A DNA stretch of 30,357 nt from NCBI GenBank assembly GCA_964585285.1, contig CAZPDB010000004.1, positions 2,839 to 33,195 on the forward strand, read 5' to 3'. This DNA comes from an uncultured Methanosarcinales archaeon. GTDB lineage: Archaea > Nanobdellota > Nanobdellia > Woesearchaeales > CAZPDB01. This document shows positions 1 to 7,724 of this stretch, in pieces; position 1 is the stretch's first letter, and each line of letters begins with the position of its first letter. The translations under genes and the position numbers were made by a program. A model generated the notes under the pieces. It ran no database searches, was not told the origin of the DNA, and was given only the letters and a program-made list of their open reading frames with translations.

Positions 1-1
1 T

Positions 2-2131
2 AAAAAAGAAAAGGAGAAAAAGGGAAAAATTAAGTGGGAGTATCCTATTTTTAATGTTGAATGGGTTGAATCTTCTACTAAAAAAGGTTCTGCTTTTACT
101 AAAAAGTATCTTAACACTCTTAAGAGCCTTTCTAAAAAAGCTCAGAATTTTACTATTGCTTGTGATTATGATATTGAGGGGGAGACTATTGGTTATAATA
201 TTGTCCGTTTTATCTGTCAGCAAAAGGATGCCCATCGTATGAAATTTTCCACTCTTACCAAATCAGATCTGGTTGAAGCTTATGAAAACAAATCCCCTCA
301 TCTTGACTGGGGCCAGGCTCATGCTGGCGAAACCAGGCATTTTCTTGATTTTTTTTATGGCATCAATCTCAGTCGTGCCTTGACTGCTGCTATTACCCAG
401 GCTGGTTTTTTTAAGATTCTTAGTATTGGCCGTGTTCAGGGGCCGTCTCTTAAGATTGTTGTTGAGCGCGAACAGGAGATTAAGGCTTTTAAGCCAGAAC
501 CTTTTTGGCAGCTTGAATTAAAAGGCACTACCCAGGCAGGCCAGATTATTGCTTGGCACCAGAAAGATAAGTTTTGGAAAAAAGAAGAGGCTGAGGATGT
601 TCTTAAAAAAACAACTAAAGACAACAAGATTAAATCTAAAAATTATCATCAGGCTGCAATAGAAAATATTGAAAAAAAGAGATTCAACCAATCTCCTCCT
701 TTTCCATTTGATTTAACTTCTCTTCAAACAGAAGCTTACCGCTGTTTTGGTCTCTCACCCAAGAGAACTCTTCAACTGGCCCAGAACCTTTATACTGCTG
801 GTTATATTTCTTATCCTAGAACTTCTTCTCAAAAACTACCTCCCAAGCTCGGTTATAAGAAAATTCTGGAAAAACTCAAGAAACAACCCATTTACAAAGA
901 ATTAGCAGAAAAACTTCTTCGGCAAAAAACCCTTGCCCCAAATGAAGGCAAAAAAACTGATCCAGCTCATCCTGCTATTTACCCCACTGGGATTGTTCCT
1001 AAATCTCTTGATTCCCAAAATAAAAAAATTTATGATTTGATAACCAAAAGATTTCTGGCTACTTTTGGCCCTCCTGCTAAAAGAGAAACTGCTGTTGTCA
1101 AAACCAATTGCCAGGATGAAATTTTTATTACTAAAGGAACCAGAACAATTGAACCTGGTTGGCATCTGCTTTACCAACCATATGTTAAACTTAAAGAAGA
1201 AGAACTTCCTAATTATCAGCAAGGTGACACAGTAAAAGTTAAAGATATTAAGATGCATCAAAAAGAGACTCAGCCCCCTAAGAGATATACTGAATCTTCT
1301 CTTATCAAGGAGCTTGAGAAAAAAAATCTTGGAACCAAAGCCACTCGTGCCCAGATCATTGATACTCTTTATCAGAGAAATTATATTAAGGATAAGAAGA
1401 TTAAAGCCACTGATTTTGGTGTTAAGATTATTGAAACTTTGAAGAAACATTCTCCTTTGATTATTGATGAAAAACTGACCAAGCATTTTGAGGAGGCCTT
1501 AGAAAAGATCCGGGAACAAAAAGAAAAACCAGCCAAGGTTCTTGATGAAGCTAAAGAGATTATTCTCAAAATCTCTGATAAATTCAAAAAAGATGAAAAA
1601 GAAATTGGCCAGGCCCTTGTTGGAACTTATAAGGAAAGTGAGAGAAAAGCCTCCACTGTGAGTAAATGTCCTCATTGTGGTTCTGATCTTCGGGTCAGAA
1701 GAGGCAAGTTTGGCCAGTTCATTGCCTGTTCTAATTATCCAGATTGTAAGACTACTTTCTCCTTGCCAAAGGGATTAGTTAAATCAACTGATAAACTCTG
1801 TCCAGAATGTAACTGGCCCTTGATCCAAATCATCAGAAAAGGAAAAAGACCTCAGAATGTTTGTTTTAATCCTGACTGTCCCACTAAAAAATTAACCAAA
1901 CAAGAAAAAAAGATGGAAAAGAAATGCCCTAAATGCAGTGCTCCTATGGTCCTCAGACAATCTGTTTATGGCAAGTTCTGGGGTTGTTCTAAATATCCCA
2001 AGTGTAAAACCATTGTTCCTTATGGAGATAAGGGAGATAAAAAAAGTAAGGGAAAAAATAATTGGAACAAGGGAAATAAGAAGAGTAGTTGGAAAAGTAA
2101 AAACAAGAAGGATAAAAAAAAGAAAAAGTAA
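2..2131 (+). CDS. topA: Type IA DNA topoisomerase (archaeal TopA), 5' end outside window
   Basis: Frame is open from position 2, upstream of the ORF-track Met at 239, and reads ...FTIACDYDIEGETIGYNI (Toprim DxD). Active-site GYISYPRT, three C4 zinc ribbons (CPHC..CSNYPDC, CPEC..CFNPDC, CPKC..CSKYPKC) and a Lys-rich tail. Confidence 0.97.
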   Translation, partial: KKEKEKKGKIKWEYPIFNVEWVESSTKKGSAFTKKYLNTLKSLSKKAQNFTIACDYDIEGETIGYNIVRFICQQKDAHRMKFSTLTKSDLVEAYENKSPHLDWGQAHAGETRHFLDFFYGINLSRALTAAITQAGFFKILSIGRVQGPSLKIVVEREQEIKAFKPEPFWQLELKGTTQAGQIIAWHQKDKFWKKEEAEDVLKKTTKDNKIKSKNYHQAAIENIEKKRFNQSPPFPFDLTSLQTEAYRCFGLSPKRTLQLAQNLYTAGYISYPRTSSQKLPPKLGYKKILEKLKKQPIYKELAEKLLRQKTLAPNEGKKTDPAHPAIYPTGIVPKSLDSQNKKIYDLITKRFLATFGPPAKRETAVVKTNCQDEIFITKGTRTIEPGWHLLYQPYVKLKEEELPNYQQGDTVKVKDIKMHQKETQPPKRYTESSLIKELEKKNLGTKATRAQIIDTLYQRNYIKDKKIKATDFGVKIIETLKKHSPLIIDEKLTKHFEEALEKIREQKEKPAKVLDEAKEIILKISDKFKKDEKEIGQALVGTYKESERKASTVSKCPHCGSDLRVRRGKFGQFIACSNYPDCKTTFSLPKGLVKSTDKLCPECNWPLIQIIRKGKRPQNVCFNPDCPTKKLTKQEKKMEKKCPKCSAPMVLRQSVYGKFWGCSKYPKCKTIVPYGDKGDKKSKGKNNWNKGNKKSSWKSKNKKDKKKKK

Positions 2132-2145
2132 TAAACTAAGGAAGA

Positions 2146-3153
2146 CTAAATTTGAGAACCTCCCCAAACTCTCTCAAACTCTTCCAAAAACTCCTTAGCA
2201 ATCTTCTCATCAGAAATAATCACTATATTCTCATCATTTCTTTCATTGCCTGATTTAGTGGGATTATAACTTCCAGCCACCACTATTTCCCTGTCAATAA
2301 TAAATACCTTGTGGTGCAGCATTTTGCTTGTCTTTTCCCATTTGACTTCTATGCCTGCTTTTTCCAGTCTTTTTTTCTGTTCATATTTGCTTGAGCCTTG
2401 CTTTTCAATCATTCCCCTTACTCTTATTCCCTTTTTGAATTTTTCAATCAGTTTCTTTCCTATCCCATAATCAGTTAATCTGTAGGTCATAAAAAGTATC
2501 TCCTCTTCAGCTAAACTTAACTCTTCCAATACTCTTTCTTGACAATCATCTTCTGGACAAAAATAATTTTTCACCAACATTCCGCTTAGATTAACTTTTG
2601 GATGCCTCACCTTTTTCCCTCCTCTAAATTTGCCCCTCCACATCTCTTCAAATTCATCTTCATAATTCTCAGCTAACAATCTTGACTTAATAAACAGCAT
2701 GTGATCAAATTTTTTCTCCTCGCCTTTAAGGTTAGAACTGCCCGTCACCACTCTCTCCCCCTCAACACAAAATTTGTTATGCATCAACCCGCTTCTTCTC
2801 TCGCCACTTAATTTATATTCAATTTTGCCCTCAATCCAGTCAATCCTAACACCCTCAGTTAAACCATCTTTATTCCTTCCCTCTAAAACCAATCTTGCCC
2901 CATTATTTTCTGCCAAAGTCCTTCCAACTTTTCCTTCTAAAGCATAAAATGCACAATCCACTTCACCTTCTTTAATCATCTCAGCTACCAAAGGAGCACA
3001 ATCACTGCCACAGAAGATTACTTCTATCTCTCCTTCATCATTCTCAATCTGCTCTGAAACAGATAAAACAGAACAACCACTAACAAACAACCCTGCTGAG
3101 ACCAGCAAAACCACTAAAACATAAACAATCCTCCAACTAATAATTTTTTTCAT
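2146..3153 (-). CDS. Phospholipase D/nuclease superfamily protein, probable lipoprotein
   Basis: Two HKD-type motifs (LMHNKFCVEG..TGSSN and LHHKVFIID..AGSYN..NDEN). N-terminal hydrophobic helix ending in VSGC. Confidence 0.9.
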   Translation of the reverse strand: MKKIISWRIVYVLVVLLVSAGLFVSGCSVLSVSEQIENDEGEIEVIFCGSDCAPLVAEMIKEGEVDCAFYALEGKVGRTLAENNGARLVLEGRNKDGLTEGVRIDWIEGKIEYKLSGERRSGLMHNKFCVEGERVVTGSSNLKGEEKKFDHMLFIKSRLLAENYEDEFEEMWRGKFRGGKKVRHPKVNLSGMLVKNYFCPEDDCQERVLEELSLAEEEILFMTYRLTDYGIGKKLIEKFKKGIRVRGMIEKQGSSKYEQKKRLEKAGIEVKWEKTSKMLHHKVFIIDREIVVAGSYNPTKSGNERNDENIVIISDEKIAKEFLEEFERVWGGSQI

Positions 3154-3169
3154 AAAAAACTAATAGAAT

Positions 3170-3700
3170 TTATTCTTTATTACTTTTCCTTCTTTTTTTC
3201 GGAGATTTTTCTAAATATCCCTCAATTTTCCGGATTGAACTCAGAATTGATTGTTTTGTCTCTGGATGTTCTTTTTGTAATTTCTCTATTCCCTCTCTGA
3301 TCTTTTTTTCTTTTACTTTCCCTCTCTCTTTTCCTGTTTTCCTTTTTCTCTTAGTCTTTAACTTTTTTGCTAAATAATCAATCTCCTTTTCTGTTAAATC
3401 TTCTGTTAAAACTACCTCTTTATCTCTTCCTTTCCTTCCAGAGAAAATCCTTTTCAGCTCTGAAACAATCTCTTTTTCCAGATTTGTTGGTCTTATCAAA
3501 ACTGCCTTTACTTTTTTTTTCGCAGTTTTCCCTCTCTTAATCTTAATTGTTGGATCTTTCACATTTCTCTTTAACAACAACTCCAAAATCTCTGCTTCCA
3601 CACTCTCATCATCTACCACCACCAAATCTATTCCTTCCCTCAACAGATTTTTCTGTCTCAGATTTTTTCTGAACTTTTTTTCTAAGTCTTTTGTTTTCAT
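3170..3700 (-). CDS. Degenerate TtuA/TtcA (PP-loop tRNA thiolase)-like protein
   Basis: LEKKFRKNLRQKNLL..GIDLVV and LTEKEIDYLAKKL resemble the start and the PL..EKEI..YA segment of TtuA-family proteins. SGGKDS and Cys motifs are absent. Confidence 0.4.
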   Translation of the reverse strand: MKTKDLEKKFRKNLRQKNLLREGIDLVVVDDESVEAEILELLLKRNVKDPTIKIKRGKTAKKKVKAVLIRPTNLEKEIVSELKRIFSGRKGRDKEVVLTEDLTEKEIDYLAKKLKTKRKRKTGKERGKVKEKKIREGIEKLQKEHPETKQSILSSIRKIEGYLEKSPKKRRKSNKE

Positions 3701-3761
3701 TTTTGTTTATAATTTTTATTATTTTATAATAAATTTTTATTACTTCAGAATAGTTAAAAAT

Positions 3762-3776
3762 CGAAAAGTTTAAATA
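3762..3776 (+). promoter_or_regulatory. BRE + TATA box with no downstream + strand ORF
   Basis: CGAAAAG-TTTAAATA matches the CGAAAGA-TTTAAATA elements at 12794-12811 and 25391-25408. Confidence 0.55.
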
Positions 3777-3832
3777 TAAGTTAATACTACTCTAAAGTAA
3801 TCACTTTTTTATATTCACTATCACCTCTTTTT

Positions 3833-3864
3833 CCCGCCAAGGGCTTCGGCTCTTGGTGGGTTTT
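3833..3864 (+). terminator. 12-bp C(UUCG)G hairpin followed by T4
   Basis: CCCGCCAAGGGC-TTCG-GCTCTTGGTGGG-TTTT. Two G.U pairs form only in the + strand RNA and become A.C mismatches on the - strand. Confidence 0.7.
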
Positions 3865-3868
3865 ATAC

Positions 3869-5848
3869 TCATTCTCTAAAAACATAATACAAAACCATCA
3901 TTAAGATAATCCCTAATACCCATATTAATATCATTCTAATTGTCAAATTCAGTCCTTGTTTTCTTGCTTCAGGAAAATATTGGTCTAGGTTGCTTAACTC
4001 CAGGGCGTAACTGGCAAATAACAAGGCACTGGGAGAGTCCTCATCTCTCAGGCTTTGTGCATATTGGTAATAAGAATATCCTAATATTGGCAAACTTCCT
4101 TTCTGCTGCTGCTTTAATAATCCTTGTTTTGCTGCTTCTAATCTTTTTTCAATCATTGGCTGGATCTGTTCTTCTGTTAATCCTATCAAACTAATTATAT
4201 TATCTGCTTTGGCTTTAGCCAGGCTGGAGTAATGCAAACACATCGCATAATCTATCTTCTTTCTGCTCTCCTCTGCCCTGTCAATCTCTTTTTTAACACT
4301 TTCCAGTTCTGGTACAAACATAAGCAGGTATTGATAAAGCTCGTCAGCTTCTGATTTTTTTTCCAGACAACTCTCCTTTAACCTCTCAGCTTCTAACTGC
4401 ACTTCTTCCCCTTTTAATTCAAAGAACTTGCTCCAGACCTTGGCTGAATTTATTCTTTCTAATCCTTGTGCCAGTGCTTGTTGGCTTTCCCAACTTGTAT
4501 TCCCACTACCTAATTCAACTTTTCTCAACAAATTCTCTGCTTCTTCTAATCGTTCTGTTACCACCAGGTATGTCTGCAAACTGGTCAGGGTTATTTTTTC
4601 TTTGAAAATAGCTTCTGCTCTGGATTTCAGCTCTCCTATTTCCAGTATTTTTTCTTTTCTTATCTTTTCTAAATCCTCAATTTTTCCTTTCTTTTTAACT
4701 GCATTAATTAGGAGAGTTTGATAGTTTATGTTGGCTTGGTAAAAGAATGAGGCTGCTGAATAATATTTCCCTTCTTCTAATGCTTTCTCTCCTTCTTCTT
4801 TGGCTTTTTCTGCTCTTTCATAATTTTGTTTTTTTCTTCTCTCTTCTAAAAATTTTCCCCATCTCTCTTCACTTATTCCTGTTTCATTCAAGAAGTTCTC
4901 TACACTTTTGCTTTCATTCCCTTCTTTCCACTGCCAAAAACTTTGGTTTACATCCTTAATCAGTTCTTCATCCACTACTAGTTCTATCCTGCCTAATCTC
5001 TTGGTTCTGTTAGCCAGCCTCATGGCAATCTGCCCCATCACTTGGTTATAAATTCCCATCTCCAGTTCCCCTTTTTTTCTCTCAACCCCTTTACCAGTCA
5101 GTTCCTTAACTACTTCTTCCAGCCATGAAACTCTGACTACTTTTATCCCCTTCTCTTTTCCATATTCTTCTATATCCAAAATTGTCCCACTTTCATTAGT
5201 TGCATTGTTCTTAGTCATATTGCTGTTATTAATTAATCCGGCTGATTTAATTGTTTCAAAATCTGGCACAATAACTTTGGTCAGTCCGCCCTGACTTGCT
5301 GCTTCTATTTTCTCTTTTAATCCGCCCACACTACCTACCATTCCTCCTGAGTTTATTGTCCCTGTTATAGCTGTTTTTTCTTCATAATTTTCATCTTCCA
5401 GCACAGCCATTGTCAAAGCAGCAATAGCTGCTCCTGCCGACGGTCCCCCTACAATGACTGAGTCTGACCTGATAGTGTAGAAGAAGTCATATTTTTGGCA
5501 GTCTTTTTTAGTTTGCTGGCAGGCTATTCTTTTGGCTCTTCTGGTAGAAACCTGCGTGTCTAGTTTAGTCAGGGGAAATGTGTCTAAGAAGACTCTTCCT
5601 TCCCCTGGCCTTATTTCCAGATAAAGATCAGCTAAACTTCCTTCCAGTTTCTCTCCTCCAATCTCTTTCACTGCTAATAGTTTTAATTCTCCTTTTCTGG
5701 GCAGGCTTTCTTGAAAAAGCTTAACTGTTAAGAAGATGATTATTATTATCACTACCAACCCCAGAATTCTCCTCCCTCCTCTTCTCGCTTTTTTTTGATT
5801 CCCTGTTTTTCTCTTTTTCTGGGTAGTTTTCTTTAATTTCTTGACCAT
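3869..5848 (-). CDS. Membrane-anchored Lon-like (S16) serine protease without ATPase domain
   Basis: VGGPSAGAAIA (catalytic Ser), ITGTINSGGMVGSVGGLKEKIEAA (Lys of the dyad), N- and C-terminal TM helices, no Walker motifs. Start at 5848 preferred from TATA spacing. Confidence 0.88.
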   Translation of the reverse strand: MVKKLKKTTQKKRKTGNQKKARRGGRRILGLVVIIIIIFLTVKLFQESLPRKGELKLLAVKEIGGEKLEGSLADLYLEIRPGEGRVFLDTFPLTKLDTQVSTRRAKRIACQQTKKDCQKYDFFYTIRSDSVIVGGPSAGAAIAALTMAVLEDENYEEKTAITGTINSGGMVGSVGGLKEKIEAASQGGLTKVIVPDFETIKSAGLINNSNMTKNNATNESGTILDIEEYGKEKGIKVVRVSWLEEVVKELTGKGVERKKGELEMGIYNQVMGQIAMRLANRTKRLGRIELVVDEELIKDVNQSFWQWKEGNESKSVENFLNETGISEERWGKFLEERRKKQNYERAEKAKEEGEKALEEGKYYSAASFFYQANINYQTLLINAVKKKGKIEDLEKIRKEKILEIGELKSRAEAIFKEKITLTSLQTYLVVTERLEEAENLLRKVELGSGNTSWESQQALAQGLERINSAKVWSKFFELKGEEVQLEAERLKESCLEKKSEADELYQYLLMFVPELESVKKEIDRAEESRKKIDYAMCLHYSSLAKAKADNIISLIGLTEEQIQPMIEKRLEAAKQGLLKQQQKGSLPILGYSYYQYAQSLRDEDSPSALLFASYALELSNLDQYFPEARKQGLNLTIRMILIWVLGIILMMVLYYVFRE

Positions 5849-5870
5849 TCTAAACCTAAATAGCATCAAA

Positions 5871-5878
5871 TTTATATA
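5871..5878. promoter_or_regulatory. Central TATA of a divergent, probably leaderless promoter
   Basis: TTTATATA lies exactly 22 nt from ATG 5848 (-) and 22 nt from ATG 5901 (+). Confidence 0.6.
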
Positions 5879-5900
5879 TTTTCAGGTTTGTTTCTTAATT

Positions 5901-6881
5901 ATGCCTAAAAACATAAAAAATAATCAGCTTGGCATTAGACCTTCTAATTTTGCCTCTCTTTTCTACCCCTCCCAATCTTCTGCTCTCACTGCTCAGCTTC
6001 AGGCTATTTTCCAACACCAACTCGGACCAAAAAAACCTCCTCTGGAAGAATCAAAAAGAAACTCCTACAATCAATCTCTCATTGCAGGCATTGCCCCCCA
6101 TGCTGGCATCTCATATTCAGGACCATGTGCTTCTCACTTTTATCAACTCCTCTCCCAATTCAATCCCCCTGACATCTTCATCATCCTTTCAACTAGTCAC
6201 TCTTCCCCTCACTCTTATTATGATAACAGAAATTTCTCCACCCCTCTTGGATTAGCTAAAATCAATCAATCCTTTTTAAAAGCCTTTCAAAAAATTTCCT
6301 CTATTAATTCCTCTCTCAAACCAAATCATTTTTTCTCTGATCAGGAACACTCTGTTGAAGTCCAGCTTCCTTTTCTCCAACATCTTTACCAGGATAATTT
6401 TACTTTTTTCCCAATCATTATCAGCCAAGATCACCAACTTCAAAACCTTGCTCAGAATATTCTAAGAACAATTAAAAAAACTAAACTTTCTTTCTGTCTC
6501 ATCTGCTCTGCTGACCTCACCCATTATGGCCCTAATTATGGTTTCACTCTGCCTGTAACTTATAACCAAAACAAAAATGATCAAAACAAGAACAAAAGAA
6601 TCATTAAGGATATTGAAGAATTTGATCAGCAATCAATAAACCTCATTAAAAACCTTGATCCAAAATCATTTGACCACTTCTGCAGCAACACAGGTGCCAC
6701 CCTCTGCGGCCACCATCCCATCATTGTGCTCCAGAACATCCTCAACCAACTTAATTCCCAACCAGGCAATCTCCTTTCCTATTATAACTCTTCCCAAATC
6801 TCTGGTGACTGCATCAACTCAGTTTCTTATGCTTCAATTGAGTTTAGAAAAAAGCAGATAAAAAGCAATAATAAAAAATAA
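5901..6881 (+). CDS. amrB: MEMO1 family / AmmeMemoRadiSam system protein B
   Basis: GIAPHAGISYSG, EHSVEVQLPFLQ, SADLTHYG and TLCG motifs. ATG 5901 preferred over TTG 5841. Confidence 0.92.
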   Translation: MPKNIKNNQLGIRPSNFASLFYPSQSSALTAQLQAIFQHQLGPKKPPLEESKRNSYNQSLIAGIAPHAGISYSGPCASHFYQLLSQFNPPDIFIILSTSHSSPHSYYDNRNFSTPLGLAKINQSFLKAFQKISSINSSLKPNHFFSDQEHSVEVQLPFLQHLYQDNFTFFPIIISQDHQLQNLAQNILRTIKKTKLSFCLICSADLTHYGPNYGFTLPVTYNQNKNDQNKNKRIIKDIEEFDQQSINLIKNLDPKSFDHFCSNTGATLCGHHPIIVLQNILNQLNSQPGNLLSYYNSSQISGDCINSVSYASIEFRKKQIKSNNKK

Positions 6882-6913
6882 CAAAAAGCAGATAAAAAGC
6901 AATAATAAAAAAT
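6849..6913 (+). repeat. 31-bp exact direct repeat, two copies, 34-bp period
   Basis: AAAAAGCAGATAAAAAGCAATAATAAAAAAT at 6849-6879 and 6883-6913. Confidence 0.95.
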
Positions 6914-7232
6914 GGCCCTATCAAAACCCGCTCCACCATTAAAAACCTGCGCCACTCCTCTCTCCCAATCCATTGGTCTGATGTTTTCCAGAAAAAAGAT
7001 TTGCCTTTTCATTCTTAAAAAACCAAAAAGAATTTCCTTACACAATTGGTTTGTCTTTTATCCCTTAACAATTTATTTTTTCAACAAAAACAAACAATTA
7101 ATAGAAAAAAAAGAAAAATTCTTGCCTTTCTCCTTCTACACCTCTAAAAAACCAGCCCAGTATGTTCTTGAAATTCCTTTTTCTTGGAAAGATTTATACT
7201 CTCTTCAACAACTCAGACAATTCATCAAATAA
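6912..7232 (+). CDS. DUF192 family protein
   Basis: ATPLSQSIGLMFS..CLFI..HNWFVFYPLTIYFFN..PAQYVLE matches the DUF192 pattern GLMFR..MLF..PLDIIF..YVLE. Confidence 0.72.
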   Translation: MALSKPAPPLKTCATPLSQSIGLMFSRKKICLFILKKPKRISLHNWFVFYPLTIYFFNKNKQLIEKKEKFLPFSFYTSKKPAQYVLEIPFSWKDLYSLQQLRQFIK

Positions 7233-7288
7233 TTCTTATAGAAAATATTAAAGACTAAAAGATTTAATATGTTAAGCATATGGGGTAC

Positions 7289-7340
7289 TAAAATTAAAAT
7301 TAAAGTTAAAATTAAAGTTAAAATTAAAATTAAAATTAAA
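7289..7340 (+). repeat. Hexamer microsatellite (TAAAAT/TAAAGT), 8 full units plus a partial unit
   Basis: Read directly from the sequence. Confidence 0.95.
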
Positions 7341-7541
7341 CATGAGTGTATTATCTGCAACAGATGTAAAAAGGAAAGGATTGGCAGGCTCAGTCAAAGA
7401 ATTGAAGATTTTACTAGCATAGTTTGGTGATTTCTTTTTCTATTTCAAAAAAAAACAAAAAACTTAATAAGTAAGTTGAGAATTCTTTTTTTATCCTATC
7501 AGTGGGGGCGTAGCATAACCTGGCAGTGCGGCCGGCTCCAG

Positions 7542-7590
7542 TTTTGGTGCGCTGAGCTCAATTATGAGCAATGATTTACACATTGGCGGC
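7542..7590 (+). ncRNA. 49-nt canonical tRNA intron with a C'/D'-type K-turn and candidate guide
   Basis: CTGA, GCTCA/TGAGC stem, AAT bulge, GA, TT. The BHB central helix CTCC/GGCG has one mismatch. Confidence 0.75.
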
Positions 7591-7611
7591 ACCGGCTGAT
7601 CTGAGTTCAAA

Positions 7612-7654
7612 ACAGAAGCAATAAATCAATAGAAGATTTTTGTTTCTCTGAAAC
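7612..7654 (+). other. 43-nt non-canonical tRNA intron at 59/60
   Basis: Central helix TTCA (7606-7609)/TGAA (7649-7652), bulges AAA and ACT, intron helix AGAAGCAA/TTGTTTCT after one C.C mismatch. Confidence 0.88.
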
Positions 7655-7724
7655 TCTCAGCGTCCCCACTTTTCATTTTCATTTTCAAAACCTTTTTATA
7701 GCAGCTTGAGTTTTTTTCTTTCTT

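Larger units (their letters stand above)
7504..7668 (+). tRNA. trnW: tRNA-Trp(CCA) with two introns (37/38 and 59/60); CCA end not encoded
   Basis: Acceptor GGGGGCG/CGTCCCC plus A73, D stem GCAT/GTGC, anticodon stem GCCGG/CCGGC with CCA at 7538-7540, T stem CTGAG/CTCAG, spliced T loop TTCAAAT. All four arms pair once 7542-7590 and 7612-7654 are removed. Confidence 0.93.

Noticed and set aside
239-241. ORF-track start of topA at 239
   Set aside because: The frame is open from the window start and includes the Toprim DYD motif upstream, so this Met is internal.
54-2198. Short overlapping ORFs over topA (54-242, 436-627, 902-1486, 1381-1587, 1892-2167, 1938-2198)
   Set aside because: Shadow frames of a well-supported gene, with no motifs.
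5841-5869. Longer overlapping starts for MEMO1 (5841) and the Lon-like gene (5869)
   Set aside because: They would overlap head to head and cover the promoter region; 5901 and 5848 fit the TATA spacing.
5901-6881. Complete AmmeMemoRadiSam system
   Set aside because: No AMMECR1 or radical SAM gene is present in the window.
6849-7340. Repeats as a CRISPR array
   Set aside because: Only two copies 3 bp apart plus a hexamer run; no spacers or cas genes.
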